In this document: positions 43,911 to 53,631 of the stretch, in pieces
How the letters are laid out: each line of letters opens with the position of its first letter
How positions within the stretch are numbered: position 1 is the stretch's first letter
Virus record (IMG/VR): IMGVR_UViG_3300005805_000063
Coordinates: 22,634-86,633 of that record
Length of the DNA stretch: 64,000 nucleotides
From: a virus
Taxonomy: Duplodnaviria; Caudoviricetes
Strand: one strand, 5' to 3'
Notes under the pieces: model-generated
Seen by the model: only the letters and a program-made list of their open reading frames with translations
What the model was told of the DNA's origin: nothing
Database searches by the model: none
Made by a program: the position numbers and the translations under genes

Positions 43911-45692
43911 ATGAAAACAAGGGCTTTTGACATAGAAACCCTCATTAATTGCTTTACTGTTGTTTTTGTCAACTGTGAGGACGAGAGTGAGATTGACAGA
44001 TTTGTGCTGCATGAGTCAAGGGATGATTCAAAATCCCTTCTTGAGTTCATGGATTCCCTTGGTTTGGATGACACACTTGTGGGCTACAACAGCCTGAACT
44101 TCGACATGCCTGTACTATACAGGGTGTGTGACCTGATACGTTCTAATCATCCTGTATCCAATGTGATTCGTGAGTCTTATCTCATGGCTCAGTCATTGAT
44201 TACAGAAGATGTACGACCCAAGTATCCTGTTACGCTGTTCAATCACATTGACCTGTTCAAGCTGTATCACTTTGACAATGAGGCAAAGCGTACATCGCTG
44301 AAATGGATTCAATGCCATCTTGATATGGAAAATGTTCAGGATATGCCGCATCCACATGATGTACCTGCATCGTCCAGTCAGATTGAAATGATTCTTTCAT
44401 ACAATCTCAACGATGTAAGAGCCACTGTAAAGATGTACAATCACAGAAAGACTGCAGAGCTGCTTGAGCTCAGGCAGTGGGCCATGTACAAATATGGATT
44501 GAAGACAGGTGTGAATACCTCAAACTCTCACATGGGCGAGATGATATTTATGTCTAAACTGGGTGATATTCCTCCTCCGGACAAATCATCCAGACGCATA
44601 AACATCCGTAATTTGATACTGCCCATCATAAGTTTTCAGACGCCTGTATTTCAGAAGGCACTTGAGCGTTTTCAAAAGATGTCATTCAATTCATCTGACG
44701 AAAGACCCAAGATGTCATTTGATGCTGTCTTCAAGGGAATGAAGTATTCATTCGGATTGGGCGGCATTCATGCTGCAAAGACAGAATCTGAAAATGAAAA
44801 TGTTGAGAGCATTGACGTCAAGTCATTCTATCCCAACGTGGCCATCAGCTTTGGATTCTATCCCAAGCACGCAGGTGAGGCATTTGTAACAGCATACAAG
44901 GAATTATATGCTGACAGGCTGAGTGCAACAAGCACCGTTGCCAATCTCGGAATCAAGGAAGCATTGAATTCCGTGTTTGGTAAAAGCAATTCCGAGTTCA
45001 GTCCGCTGTACTATCCAGAGTTCACTTATTCGATAACCATCAATGGTCAGCTGTTGATGACCATGCTGGCTGAGCGTCTCAGTCAGGCAGGCGAAGTGAT
45101 AATGGTCAATACAGATGGCATGGAGGTGATTGTCAAAGATAATGACAGATTCACAGCCATACTTGAGGATTGGAAGAAACTCACAGGTATGACAGTCACA
45201 AGGTCAAGGTATAAAAAGCTGTTCATCCGGGATGTCAATAATTATATTGGTATTCTAGAGAATGGTAAAACTAAGACCAAAGGCTGTTATGAGGTTGATA
45301 AAGAGTTCAATAAGGACCCTTCCGGCAGTATATTGCCTATTTCAGTGCTAAGATATTATCTGAAAGGGATTTCCATTGAAGACACCATTCTGAATCATCA
45401 GGATATGAGTGATTTTTACATGTTCAAGCGTGCCAAGACAGGCAAACTGACTGCAGTCACAGGAAACGGACAGAAGGAAGTCAATCTTCCGAAAACCATC
45501 CGTTATGTGGCCAGCAAGAAAGGATTGATTCTGTTTCAAAAGACAGAATCAATGAATGCCAAGGTCCATGCTGATTGTTATATCACTGTAATCAATGATT
45601 TAAAAGATGCTTCATATGAACTCGATAGAAACTGGTATATCCGTGAAGCAAAGAAATTACTTATACAACAAAAAACAGATTTGTTCTCTTGA
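43911..45692 (+). CDS. polB: DNA polymerase family B with 3'-5' exonuclease
   Basis: Exonuclease: FDIET, GYNSLNFD, YNLND. Polymerase: IDVKSFYP, KEALNSVFGK, ITINGQL, NTDG, VNNYI. Confidence 0.93.
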   Translation: MKTRAFDIETLINCFTVVFVNCEDESEIDRFVLHESRDDSKSLLEFMDSLGLDDTLVGYNSLNFDMPVLYRVCDLIRSNHPVSNVIRESYLMAQSLITEDVRPKYPVTLFNHIDLFKLYHFDNEAKRTSLKWIQCHLDMENVQDMPHPHDVPASSSQIEMILSYNLNDVRATVKMYNHRKTAELLELRQWAMYKYGLKTGVNTSNSHMGEMIFMSKLGDIPPPDKSSRRINIRNLILPIISFQTPVFQKALERFQKMSFNSSDERPKMSFDAVFKGMKYSFGLGGIHAAKTESENENVESIDVKSFYPNVAISFGFYPKHAGEAFVTAYKELYADRLSATSTVANLGIKEALNSVFGKSNSEFSPLYYPEFTYSITINGQLLMTMLAERLSQAGEVIMVNTDGMEVIVKDNDRFTAILEDWKKLTGMTVTRSRYKKLFIRDVNNYIGILENGKTKTKGCYEVDKEFNKDPSGSILPISVLRYYLKGISIEDTILNHQDMSDFYMFKRAKTGKLTAVTGNGQKEVNLPKTIRYVASKKGLILFQKTESMNAKVHADCYITVINDLKDASYELDRNWYIREAKKLLIQQKTDLFS

Positions 45693-46006
45693 AAAACATC
45701 GTCTTTAAAAATCCTTACATCCTTCTTATAAATGACAAGGGGGATGAAAAGGTGATTGGAGAGTTGTATGATACCACTTTTGTAACGCAGCGAGACCCTG
45801 ATAAGCACCTGATGCGCAGATGGGATGCTTATGGCATCAATGCTGAGCTGATTGACTCAGGGGATATTGAAACCATTATAATCGTGGAGAATGGAACTAA
45901 CCGGTTTGTAACAGCGGCCGATGTAAAGACACATGGCCGTTATCATAAGCAAGAGGGGAATGACGCACAGTATTTTGTATCTAGAGAATTATTAACCTCA
46001 GTATGA
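45689..46006 (+). CDS. Hypothetical protein (105 aa)
   Basis: Coupled ORF; KHLMRRWDAYGINAELI. Confidence 0.6.
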   Translation: MKNIVFKNPYILLINDKGDEKVIGELYDTTFVTQRDPDKHLMRRWDAYGINAELIDSGDIETIIIVENGTNRFVTAADVKTHGRYHKQEGNDAQYFVSRELLTSV

Positions 46007-46239
46007 TGGATAAGTCATTGCTTATAGCTACAGAAATCTTCTTTCCTCCAACGGAAGGATTTACCTCTTATGAACAGTATAAAATACTGGAAGAAATGAG
46101 GAAGACAAAAGGAGATGACATTGCATCCGCTCATGTGTATGTGCATGAACTTCTTGAAGGATTGGATGTCGAGTCTGTTATAATGTATGTCCACGAGTTT
46201 GCCAAAAAGATAGAAAATGGCACGCGAGATTTACTTTGA
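46003..46239 (+). CDS. Hypothetical protein (78 aa)
   Basis: Coupled ORF. Confidence 0.55.
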   Translation: MMDKSLLIATEIFFPPTEGFTSYEQYKILEEMRKTKGDDIASAHVYVHELLEGLDVESVIMYVHEFAKKIENGTRDLL

Positions 46240-46459
46240 AGAAGCCTATCGTATGCGCACGTTTGCAATTGAACGTGGTGCAGAATGGGCTGAAATTGAG
46301 GTGAGGTGGACAGAGTACAACAGCTCAAAAGGCAGGGATATCATTGGATTTGAATGGGAGGTTGTCACTCCGTCAACAGACGAAGATGGCAATGTCCTGC
46401 CAACCGATTGGATATCAAATGAAGATGTACGTGAACTTATACAAAACTATGATGACTAA
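46217..46459 (+). CDS. Acidic hypothetical protein (80 aa)
   Basis: Coupled ORF. Confidence 0.55.
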   Translation: MAREIYFEEAYRMRTFAIERGAEWAEIEVRWTEYNSSKGRDIIGFEWEVVTPSTDEDGNVLPTDWISNEDVRELIQNYDD

Positions 46460-46803
46460 TGGCACATCCTTATGACCATGCAAGAAGCTCTGTCAAGAAG
46501 TTTGGCGGGGTACCTGAAGATTATTTACACATACATTGTTGGTTTGATGAGACGAAACAATACTTTGCTGACTTTCGGCATCGTGCTCTCCGTCATCATT
46601 CCGCAGGTATATTTTGGGCTGAAGAAATCTACGGACATACAATTGTCAATTCAGATGGCAAGACTGTACCTGTTCGTCTGATTGGTGAGCAGCATGTAAA
46701 AGAGGATTGCGGATTCATCCCCACACCACAAGACTGGCTGAAGGGAATTCCACATGAACCTTGGAAAATCAAGACTGAGAAAATTGAAATGCAACTAACA
46801 TGA
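46459..46803 (+). CDS. DUF6915-like His-rich protein
   Basis: MAHPYDHARSSVKKFGG..IHCWFDETK..RHRALRHHSAGIF..GEQHVKEDCGFIP. Confidence 0.7.
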   Translation: MAHPYDHARSSVKKFGGVPEDYLHIHCWFDETKQYFADFRHRALRHHSAGIFWAEEIYGHTIVNSDGKTVPVRLIGEQHVKEDCGFIPTPQDWLKGIPHEPWKIKTEKIEMQLT

Positions 46804-47195
46804 GAACTATTAAAACTGTAGACGGAGAAGAAGTTTCTGATGAAAGGGTAAAACTTGCCATGTATATCATTCAGAATGATTTGGCAGGTATTGTTCTAGA
46901 GTATTCAGGTTCTGGTGATAGTGGAGACTCATCTTGTTTTAGCTTTAAGAAAGATAAAGATGGGAAGTACATTGACAAAAAACCACTTACTGACATTGAT
47001 ATTGACAGTGCTGCATCAAACATTGCGTTTGAAATAGTCAATCCAAATTTCAACGACAGTGGTTCTTATGGCGAGGCAACTTTTACCATTACTGCAGATG
47101 GAAAGCTGAACATGTCATGTGAACATCATGATATCATTGAGACCACTGACGATACCAACTACGACGAGGACATCCTCGATACAACAATGTTATGA
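46800..47195 (+). CDS. DUF6878-like acidic protein
   Basis: LEYSGSGDSG..FNDSGSYG pattern; usually paired with DUF6915, from recollection. Confidence 0.6.
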   Translation: MRTIKTVDGEEVSDERVKLAMYIIQNDLAGIVLEYSGSGDSGDSSCFSFKKDKDGKYIDKKPLTDIDIDSAASNIAFEIVNPNFNDSGSYGEATFTITADGKLNMSCEHHDIIETTDDTNYDEDILDTTML

Positions 47196-48604
47196 CAGGC
47201 TCAATCACCAGGGACGACAGACAGCAGATTTTCATTGATAAGTTCATCGCCGCTGGTGGTCGTGGAACCCTTGAAGCCGCTACTGCATTTGGCAAAACCA
47301 GGGTTGCACTCAAAATCATACAGTATCTGCGAAGAACTGATACTAGTCGCAAAGTAATAATTGTAGTACCTCACGAGTATCTTAAGAATCAATGGCAGGG
47401 ATTGCTGACACAGTGGAAATTGAATGACAATTCCAGTGTGCACATCATCAATTCATTTGTCAAAGGCAGACACTCGTGTTCTCTTCTTATTATGGATGAG
47501 TGTCATCGCTTTGCAGCAGAGACATTCTCCAAGATATTTGAGGTGACTGAGTATAAATTCATACTTGGCCTTACTGCAATGATGAAGCGTCTGGACAAAC
47601 GTCATGGTATCATCACTGAGCATTGCCCTGTAATCGACAGGGTCACGCTTGAGGAGGCTCGTCAGTGTGGGTTTATAGCACCGTATCAGGAATTCAATCT
47701 TGGAATAGAGATGTCTCCTGAAGATGCAAAATCCTATGCAGACGACCAAGATTACTATAATTCCATTATGGGTACATTCCAATGGGATTTTGGTATGCTC
47801 CGTAGAGCTGCTGTATCATATAAACCGGTATATACCCCTGGTGGATATCGAGGTTCTTTTTCTGAGGAGCTGGCACGCAAATATGGATGGCGTGGTAATA
47901 CCGCAATGGAAGCTTTCAAACTTATGGAATCAGGAGCTAAGGATATTTGGGGTGGAAACCCCGACCATCCCTATACGCCCCAGAAACTGTACCTGAAAGC
48001 TATTCAGGGCATGAGACTAATGCAGAAAATCAAGAATATAATTCACCGATATCCTGCAAAAGTAGATGCTGCCGTCCAAATAATTAATCGCCTTCCAGAA
48101 CTGAAAGTGATTACATTTGCCGAGCTCACAGACACTGCCGACGAGATGACCAAGCGGATACCTGATTCCGCATCCTATCATTCGTCTATGCAAGTATTTG
48201 ATTCTGCTGGCAAGAAGCTATCCAAGAAAAAGGCCAAAGACTATATCATCAGTCAGGTGAATAGTGGCGTTATTCGCCGCATAAATACGGCGAAAGCGTT
48301 GGATGAGGGTGCTGATTTCCCTGAGATAGCTCTTGGCATAAGAATCAGTGGTACTTCATCCCCTACTCAACAGACGCAGAGACGCGGTCGTGTTGTGCGC
48401 AAACATGCTGATAAACAAGCAGTTATGGTGAATATCTATTTGAAGAATACCAAAGAGGTTCAATGGCTCTCAAAAGCCCAAGGATACTCTGAAGATATTG
48501 TTTGGGTAGATAGTGTAGATGAGATTATTGAACAAATTAAACCCGCTTCTGATGGATACATCTCTTCTGGAGTTTGGACTGAGACATCACCTGAAACCAA
48601 GTGA
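47192..48604 (+). CDS. Superfamily 2 helicase (Rad25/XPB-like)
   Basis: ATAFGKT, IMDECH, GLTA, LDEGADFP, QTQRRGRVVR. Confidence 0.92.
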   Translation: MTGSITRDDRQQIFIDKFIAAGGRGTLEAATAFGKTRVALKIIQYLRRTDTSRKVIIVVPHEYLKNQWQGLLTQWKLNDNSSVHIINSFVKGRHSCSLLIMDECHRFAAETFSKIFEVTEYKFILGLTAMMKRLDKRHGIITEHCPVIDRVTLEEARQCGFIAPYQEFNLGIEMSPEDAKSYADDQDYYNSIMGTFQWDFGMLRRAAVSYKPVYTPGGYRGSFSEELARKYGWRGNTAMEAFKLMESGAKDIWGGNPDHPYTPQKLYLKAIQGMRLMQKIKNIIHRYPAKVDAAVQIINRLPELKVITFAELTDTADEMTKRIPDSASYHSSMQVFDSAGKKLSKKKAKDYIISQVNSGVIRRINTAKALDEGADFPEIALGIRISGTSSPTQQTQRRGRVVRKHADKQAVMVNIYLKNTKEVQWLSKAQGYSEDIVWVDSVDEIIEQIKPASDGYISSGVWTETSPETK

Positions 48605-49112
48605 GTTGATTGCTTTTGAAATGTTAAGGAAATTCTCTAGACAATATGACACTGTAAAGAAATATCAATCTGAAATATTCAATCCTGACACTGAAGATTT
48701 CAAATCCTTGATTCAAAAAGGAATTGTCATATCCAGTTCGATGAATAGTCCTGACCTGAGCAATTCTATAATCAATCCTCATATACGTCAAGTTGAGCTT
48801 GAGACAAATGAGGATATGGCAATGGAATTGTGGGATAGCTATCCCGCTGCTCTTCCGCTAAGTGGAGGAGGAATGTTCATTGCACGTAAGGGTCCTGATA
48901 AACATGAGGTTATGAAACTTTATCTTGAAAGGATAAATTTCAATCCTGAAAAACATAGATTTGTCATTGACCAATTGAAAGTCTATGTGAAGCTTGTTTT
49001 AGACCAAAAGATAAATGGTCACAGGATTCATGATTGGATTTCAAATGAAATGTGGGATATCATTCCATCTTTGATGTCAGCATCCCGTGGTGAATTCAAA
49101 ACAGATATATAA
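48519..49112 (+). CDS. Putative replication initiator/helicase loader
   Basis: Directly upstream of DnaB; wHTH-like N-terminus and an ELWDSYP motif; the start may be 48552. Confidence 0.4.
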   Translation: MRLLNKLNPLLMDTSLLEFGLRHHLKPSELIAFEMLRKFSRQYDTVKKYQSEIFNPDTEDFKSLIQKGIVISSSMNSPDLSNSIINPHIRQVELETNEDMAMELWDSYPAALPLSGGGMFIARKGPDKHEVMKLYLERINFNPEKHRFVIDQLKVYVKLVLDQKINGHRIHDWISNEMWDIIPSLMSASRGEFKTDI

Positions 49113-50254
49113 TGGCTGGAGTATCCGAACGTGCAATAAAGAAAATCCTCGACAACAGGAACAAGAAACTCGAAGGAGGATTCAATTCCATTCCGTTTGG
49201 ATTGAAGAGACTTGAACAGTTTGTACCCGGTGTTCAGAAACCAAATTATACGATTCTTACTGCCAATAGCGGCGTGGGTAAGACAAAGGTTGCAAAGAAC
49301 ATGTTTGTCTTTCGTCCGTATGATTTTGTGAAGAATAATCCAGGAGCAAATATCAAGTTTACTGTTTTGTATTTCTGCCTCGAGGAACCTGATGAGGCGT
49401 TCATGCAGTCGTATATCTGTTATAAGCTGTACAGGAAATACGGTGAGAGAATCTCGATAAAAGAGTTACGCTCTCAACTTAAACCCGAAGACCCGTCAGC
49501 TGTAATTGATGAGCTAACCTTATCAAGGGTCAATGAGATGCTGCCCGAACTTAAGAAGTTTGAGCATGATGTCCATCTCATTAGGGATGTTGATAAGCCG
49601 TATTCCATTTATAAGTATTGTACTGAGTTTCTGGAAGATGGTGATGTAGGTGACTGGGTCATGAGTCCGAGGAAAGTGTGGGTCCCGGATGAAAAGAGAA
49701 CAGTCACTAAAATCACAAGAGACCGTTATGTGTATAGCCATCCGGACCATTATGTCTTGGTGGTTATTGACCATATTGGTTTGATTCATCCGGAGAAAGG
49801 TCAGGACTTATGGGAGGCAATTCGTATATTGTCTTCACGTTATCTTGTTAATCTTCGTAATATCTATGGCTGTTCTATCTTGGTGCTGCAACAGCAATCA
49901 AGTGAGAAAGAAAAACAACAATATACCTACAAGGGTGCCAGCATTGAGGCAAAGCTTGAGCCGTCCCTCGACGGCTTGGGTAATTGCAAGGAAACCCAGC
50001 GGGATGCCGATGAGGTCTTCGGTATATTTGCCCCTGATAGGTATGAGATAACAGACCATCGTGGCTATGACATTGCCAAATTGCGAGATAACTATCGGAG
50101 TTTCAGCATCTTAAAGTCTCGCGACGGCGAGGCAAATTTGCGTTTGGGTCTTTTCTTTGATGGTGCAGTAAACTATATTGCAGAGCTGAAACCTTCCAAA
50201 GAGATGACACCCGATGATTACATCAAAGTTCAAAAGCTCGTAGGAAGGGCATAA
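49112..50254 (+). CDS. dnaB: DnaB-like replicative helicase
   Basis: ANSGVGKT, FCLEE, VIDHIGL, LQQQS, TQRDADEVFGI, LKSRDG. Confidence 0.9.
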   Translation: MAGVSERAIKKILDNRNKKLEGGFNSIPFGLKRLEQFVPGVQKPNYTILTANSGVGKTKVAKNMFVFRPYDFVKNNPGANIKFTVLYFCLEEPDEAFMQSYICYKLYRKYGERISIKELRSQLKPEDPSAVIDELTLSRVNEMLPELKKFEHDVHLIRDVDKPYSIYKYCTEFLEDGDVGDWVMSPRKVWVPDEKRTVTKITRDRYVYSHPDHYVLVVIDHIGLIHPEKGQDLWEAIRILSSRYLVNLRNIYGCSILVLQQQSSEKEKQQYTYKGASIEAKLEPSLDGLGNCKETQRDADEVFGIFAPDRYEITDHRGYDIAKLRDNYRSFSILKSRDGEANLRLGLFFDGAVNYIAELKPSKEMTPDDYIKVQKLVGRA

Positions 50255-50265
50255 CAATTTCATTT

Positions 50266-50979
50266 ATGAGTAAAATTTTTGTTCTGGCTCCAACCGGAAT
50301 AGGTAAGTCGTCGTCTCTTCGGAATCTTGACCCGAAGACCACAGGAATCATCAATTGCGACAAAAAAGAACTGCCACTCAAAGGCTGGCGGACAAACTAC
50401 AAGACCATTCGCAATGAGACAAAAGCTGTGGATTTCAGTAAGTCAAATTACGTAGAGACAAATTCTCCAACGAATGTGCTGAGGACGTTGGAGGAGTGGG
50501 CCAATAATCCCGCTATCAAAACCATCGTGATTGATACAATAACTCACATGATTACTCAGGATTACATGACCAACACCATTGGTAAGGACTTCAAAGCCTA
50601 CCAGAAAATGGGTTTGAACTTTTACAACGTAATCCAATTTATCAACAATTGTGAGAAAGACATTGTCGTGATGGGTCACTTGGAAAAGAGAATCAATGAG
50701 TCTGGGGACATTGTCTATGACATGAAGACCCACGGCAAAATGATTTCCGACCTTGTTCCTGCATCTTATTTCACCTGCGTGCTGGTTGGTGAAAAGAAGA
50801 AGCGTAAGGACGGGGAAGGATTTGATTTTCTGTTCCGTACACAAAGCGAGGGTGAAGACCCGGCAAAGTCACCGGCGTATTTTCAAGGAAGCAATGTTGT
50901 CACTGCGCTTGATTTCTATGAGCCCAATGACATTGCGCTCATCTTTGAGAAACTGCGTCGGTTCGAAACCGAAGCATAG
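50266..50979 (+). CDS. Sak4/AAA_24-like P-loop ATPase (recombinase)
   Basis: APTGIGKSSS, IVIDTIT, VMGH, KTHGKMI, AKSP; adjacent to the SSB gene. Confidence 0.85.
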   Translation: MSKIFVLAPTGIGKSSSLRNLDPKTTGIINCDKKELPLKGWRTNYKTIRNETKAVDFSKSNYVETNSPTNVLRTLEEWANNPAIKTIVIDTITHMITQDYMTNTIGKDFKAYQKMGLNFYNVIQFINNCEKDIVVMGHLEKRINESGDIVYDMKTHGKMISDLVPASYFTCVLVGEKKKRKDGEGFDFLFRTQSEGEDPAKSPAYFQGSNVVTALDFYEPNDIALIFEKLRRFETEA

Positions 50980-51008
50980 TATTTTTTAACCTTTTAATCT
51001 TAACAAAA

Positions 51009-51527
51009 ATGGCTGGAATTAATTTCAAAGGCGTAAGCGAAGTAAAGGAAAAGACCGCGACCCGTCCCGGCACCATCGGTGTCTACAAGGTAGCGGACGT
51101 TAAGTTTGACACCACCAAGAACAAGGGCACCTATTACATGGGTGTCACTTTCAGCTCAAACTCTGACGAGTTCAACCACAGTTTCTTCCTCAGCGAAAAA
51201 GCTCTTCCCCGCGTTAAGTCTCTCGTTAAGCATGCTTCTGGCGTTGAGCTGGATGCAGAAGTAATGGAGGAGAAACTTATTGCCCTGTTAAAGGGTAAGG
51301 ATGTTGCTCTCAAGGTTACTGCGCGTATCGATGAGACCAATGGTCGTGCGTATGCAGACCTGTCTTTCGGTGGTTTCTCCAAACCTGCCGACAGGGTTTC
51401 TGAACTTGCTTTCACAGCAAAAGAGGACGAGCTGAACGCCCGCGCTGCTGCCATTTATGCATCTGGTTCGGCAGATGCACCTACGAAAACTACCTCTGCT
51501 GCTGCCGCGGCAGACGAAATCTTCTAA
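51009..51527 (+). CDS. Single-stranded DNA-binding protein (phage OB-fold type)
   Basis: Lies between Sak4 and primase; strong codon bias; acidic-aromatic C-terminus DEIF. Confidence 0.7.
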   Translation: MAGINFKGVSEVKEKTATRPGTIGVYKVADVKFDTTKNKGTYYMGVTFSSNSDEFNHSFFLSEKALPRVKSLVKHASGVELDAEVMEEKLIALLKGKDVALKVTARIDETNGRAYADLSFGGFSKPADRVSELAFTAKEDELNARAAAIYASGSADAPTKTTSAAAAADEIF

Positions 51528-51531
51528 AGTC

Positions 51532-52497
51532 ATGGGCATTCACTTCACACCTGACTTTACAAAGGAGTATATACTTCAGCGCGTAAGCGAGGAAGAGATA
51601 TTCCAAATGTACGGAGTGCGGGTTGTGGAGGGAATGTTCCGTTCACCTCTGCGTGTAGACCGGCACCCCACATGCCGGTTCTACCGCAGTCGTAGCGGAA
51701 AGCTCATACTTCACGATTTCGCAGGATTCTTTCACGGTGATTGTTTTGACCTTGTTCAGAAGATAAAGTCTTGTAACTATCCTCAGGCATTGACGGATAT
51801 TGCCAAAACTTTCAAGCTGACCGAAGGTGCTCCAAGACTTCCTGTGAAAACCACAGTCACGATAGGACCAAAGTCAATGTGTCAACTCAGAATAGCATCC
51901 ATGCCATGGGACCAGCAGCACCTGGAGTGGTGGGAGAACTATGGAGTTGATTTAGGATTGCTCGACAGGTATAATGTAGTACCCGTCAGACAAGTCTGGT
52001 TGAATGATTCCCTCTACTATAACAGGGACTTCACCAAGAAGAACGAGGTTGTCTTTGCCTATCGTTTCGGAGGTTATGATTACAAGGTATATTTTCCACA
52101 GCGAAGTGAGAAAAGATTCCTGCACAATAATCCTGATATACTTCAGGGTTGGGCACAACTTCCCTCAAGCGGGGATTTTGTTGTCATAACAAAAGCCATG
52201 AAGGATGTGATTTGCCTGAGGATGTTTGACATCCCTGCAATTGCACCAATGGCTGAGACTTCGGTTGTAACAGACAGCGTGTTGGATACACTCAAAGAAA
52301 ATTTCCGACTCGTATATGCGCTTTATGACCGTGATAAAGTCGGCAAAATAGCATTGCTCAACCTGCGTAAAAGGGGAGTGATTCCCCTGATGATGCCTGT
52401 AGGTACGACCAAGGATTTTGCTGACATGTGCAAGAAGGATATGGCTCACGCCAAGGACCTTGTAAGAGAATTCATCAAAACAATTTATTATAAATGA
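51532..52497 (+). CDS. DNA primase (CHC2-like N-terminus plus TOPRIM)
   Basis: FRSPLRVDRHPTCRF, GDCF, VITKAMKDVI, LYDRD..G, KDFAD; ATG at 51532. Confidence 0.9.
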   Translation: MGIHFTPDFTKEYILQRVSEEEIFQMYGVRVVEGMFRSPLRVDRHPTCRFYRSRSGKLILHDFAGFFHGDCFDLVQKIKSCNYPQALTDIAKTFKLTEGAPRLPVKTTVTIGPKSMCQLRIASMPWDQQHLEWWENYGVDLGLLDRYNVVPVRQVWLNDSLYYNRDFTKKNEVVFAYRFGGYDYKVYFPQRSEKRFLHNNPDILQGWAQLPSSGDFVVITKAMKDVICLRMFDIPAIAPMAETSVVTDSVLDTLKENFRLVYALYDRDKVGKIALLNLRKRGVIPLMMPVGTTKDFADMCKKDMAHAKDLVREFIKTIYYK

Positions 52498-52823
52498 TGA
52501 ACACCACAGAAGCTTTTCTTCCACGTCTGCTGACTGGAAGGACGGATGGTATGGGACGCATGCTGAATGATGTCAGGCACTGGAATGAAAAGAAAATTGT
52601 TGAAGAGTTTGATAAGATACCTAATCGATACAAGGAACTCTACGGCGAGGATATAAGTAATTTCGGATTGATATCCCTGTATACTGCGATGATTAACTTC
52701 TTCCGGGAGCAGGATATTCAATACATCGCACTGATAAAGGAAGCACAAAAACGTGTCCTTTTATGTCACAACTCACAATTCAAAAATGAAAGTAGTAATT
52801 CCAAATTATCTCAGGAGAGTTAA
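52494..52823 (+). CDS. Hypothetical protein
   Basis: Coupled ORF. Confidence 0.5.
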   Translation: MMNTTEAFLPRLLTGRTDGMGRMLNDVRHWNEKKIVEEFDKIPNRYKELYGEDISNFGLISLYTAMINFFREQDIQYIALIKEAQKRVLLCHNSQFKNESSNSKLSQES

Positions 52824-53631
52824 GTTATCAGAAGCACGCAGGGCAAAGTATATTTTATTTGGCTCCTCTGCAGCTGATAAGTACAAGGGTGACAGATATC
52901 GATGGAAGAAACGGGGAAAGAATCTCTGTCTGTATGATTCGGAAGAAGGTCAATTTGTAATCAAGAATGCAAAGGCTGCAGGGACGCCGTCCTATCAGAC
53001 CATTGCAGGCAATGAGATTTATGCGCGTATGCATGAGCGTAAGCGTATGATGATTGTGCACGCATTGAAAGATAATTTCAAGGAGCACATTCGTAATCAA
53101 ATCTCATCGATTCCAGATGATATGTTTCCGCTGTCAATTGACATGGAGATACACGTTCCTTTTGGTTATGCTGACTGGGATTTGGATAATCTTTGGATAT
53201 ACCACAAGTGTTTTCAGGATTCTCTCAGAGACTTGAAGCTTATTCCAGATGATAATATACTCTATGTGCGTGATGCAGGCAGAACAAAGTTTATTCCTGT
53301 GATGGAGCATATCACACCAACAATGATTTTCAATATCAATAAAGCACCTTCTGCAACTATTGTGCAGAAGAGAGGCTTGTTGTTTGTTACAGAATCGTGT
53401 GAAGGAGAACCCGGGACAATCGAGACCGGAACCTCATCCGCTATCATCTATACAGGGAAAACAAAAGTGATTTTCGGAGCTGCAAAGAAAGCCATTCATA
53501 GTGTAATGTTATACGCATTGAACAATTTCTTCAATGTCTATGTGAAGAGACCAATGTACAATCGCTATAAGGAATTCTTCAATGAAGTCAATCCCTCAAA
53601 TGAAGTTAAAATCATAGTAGAAGAAGAATGA
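52786..53631 (+). CDS. RusA-like Holliday junction resolvase with N- and C-terminal extensions
   Basis: WDLDNLWIYHKCFQDSL..LIPDDN..V matches the RusA catalytic pattern. Confidence 0.75.
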   Translation: MKVVIPNYLRRVKLSEARRAKYILFGSSAADKYKGDRYRWKKRGKNLCLYDSEEGQFVIKNAKAAGTPSYQTIAGNEIYARMHERKRMMIVHALKDNFKEHIRNQISSIPDDMFPLSIDMEIHVPFGYADWDLDNLWIYHKCFQDSLRDLKLIPDDNILYVRDAGRTKFIPVMEHITPTMIFNINKAPSATIVQKRGLLFVTESCEGEPGTIETGTSSAIIYTGKTKVIFGAAKKAIHSVMLYALNNFFNVYVKRPMYNRYKEFFNEVNPSNEVKIIVEEE

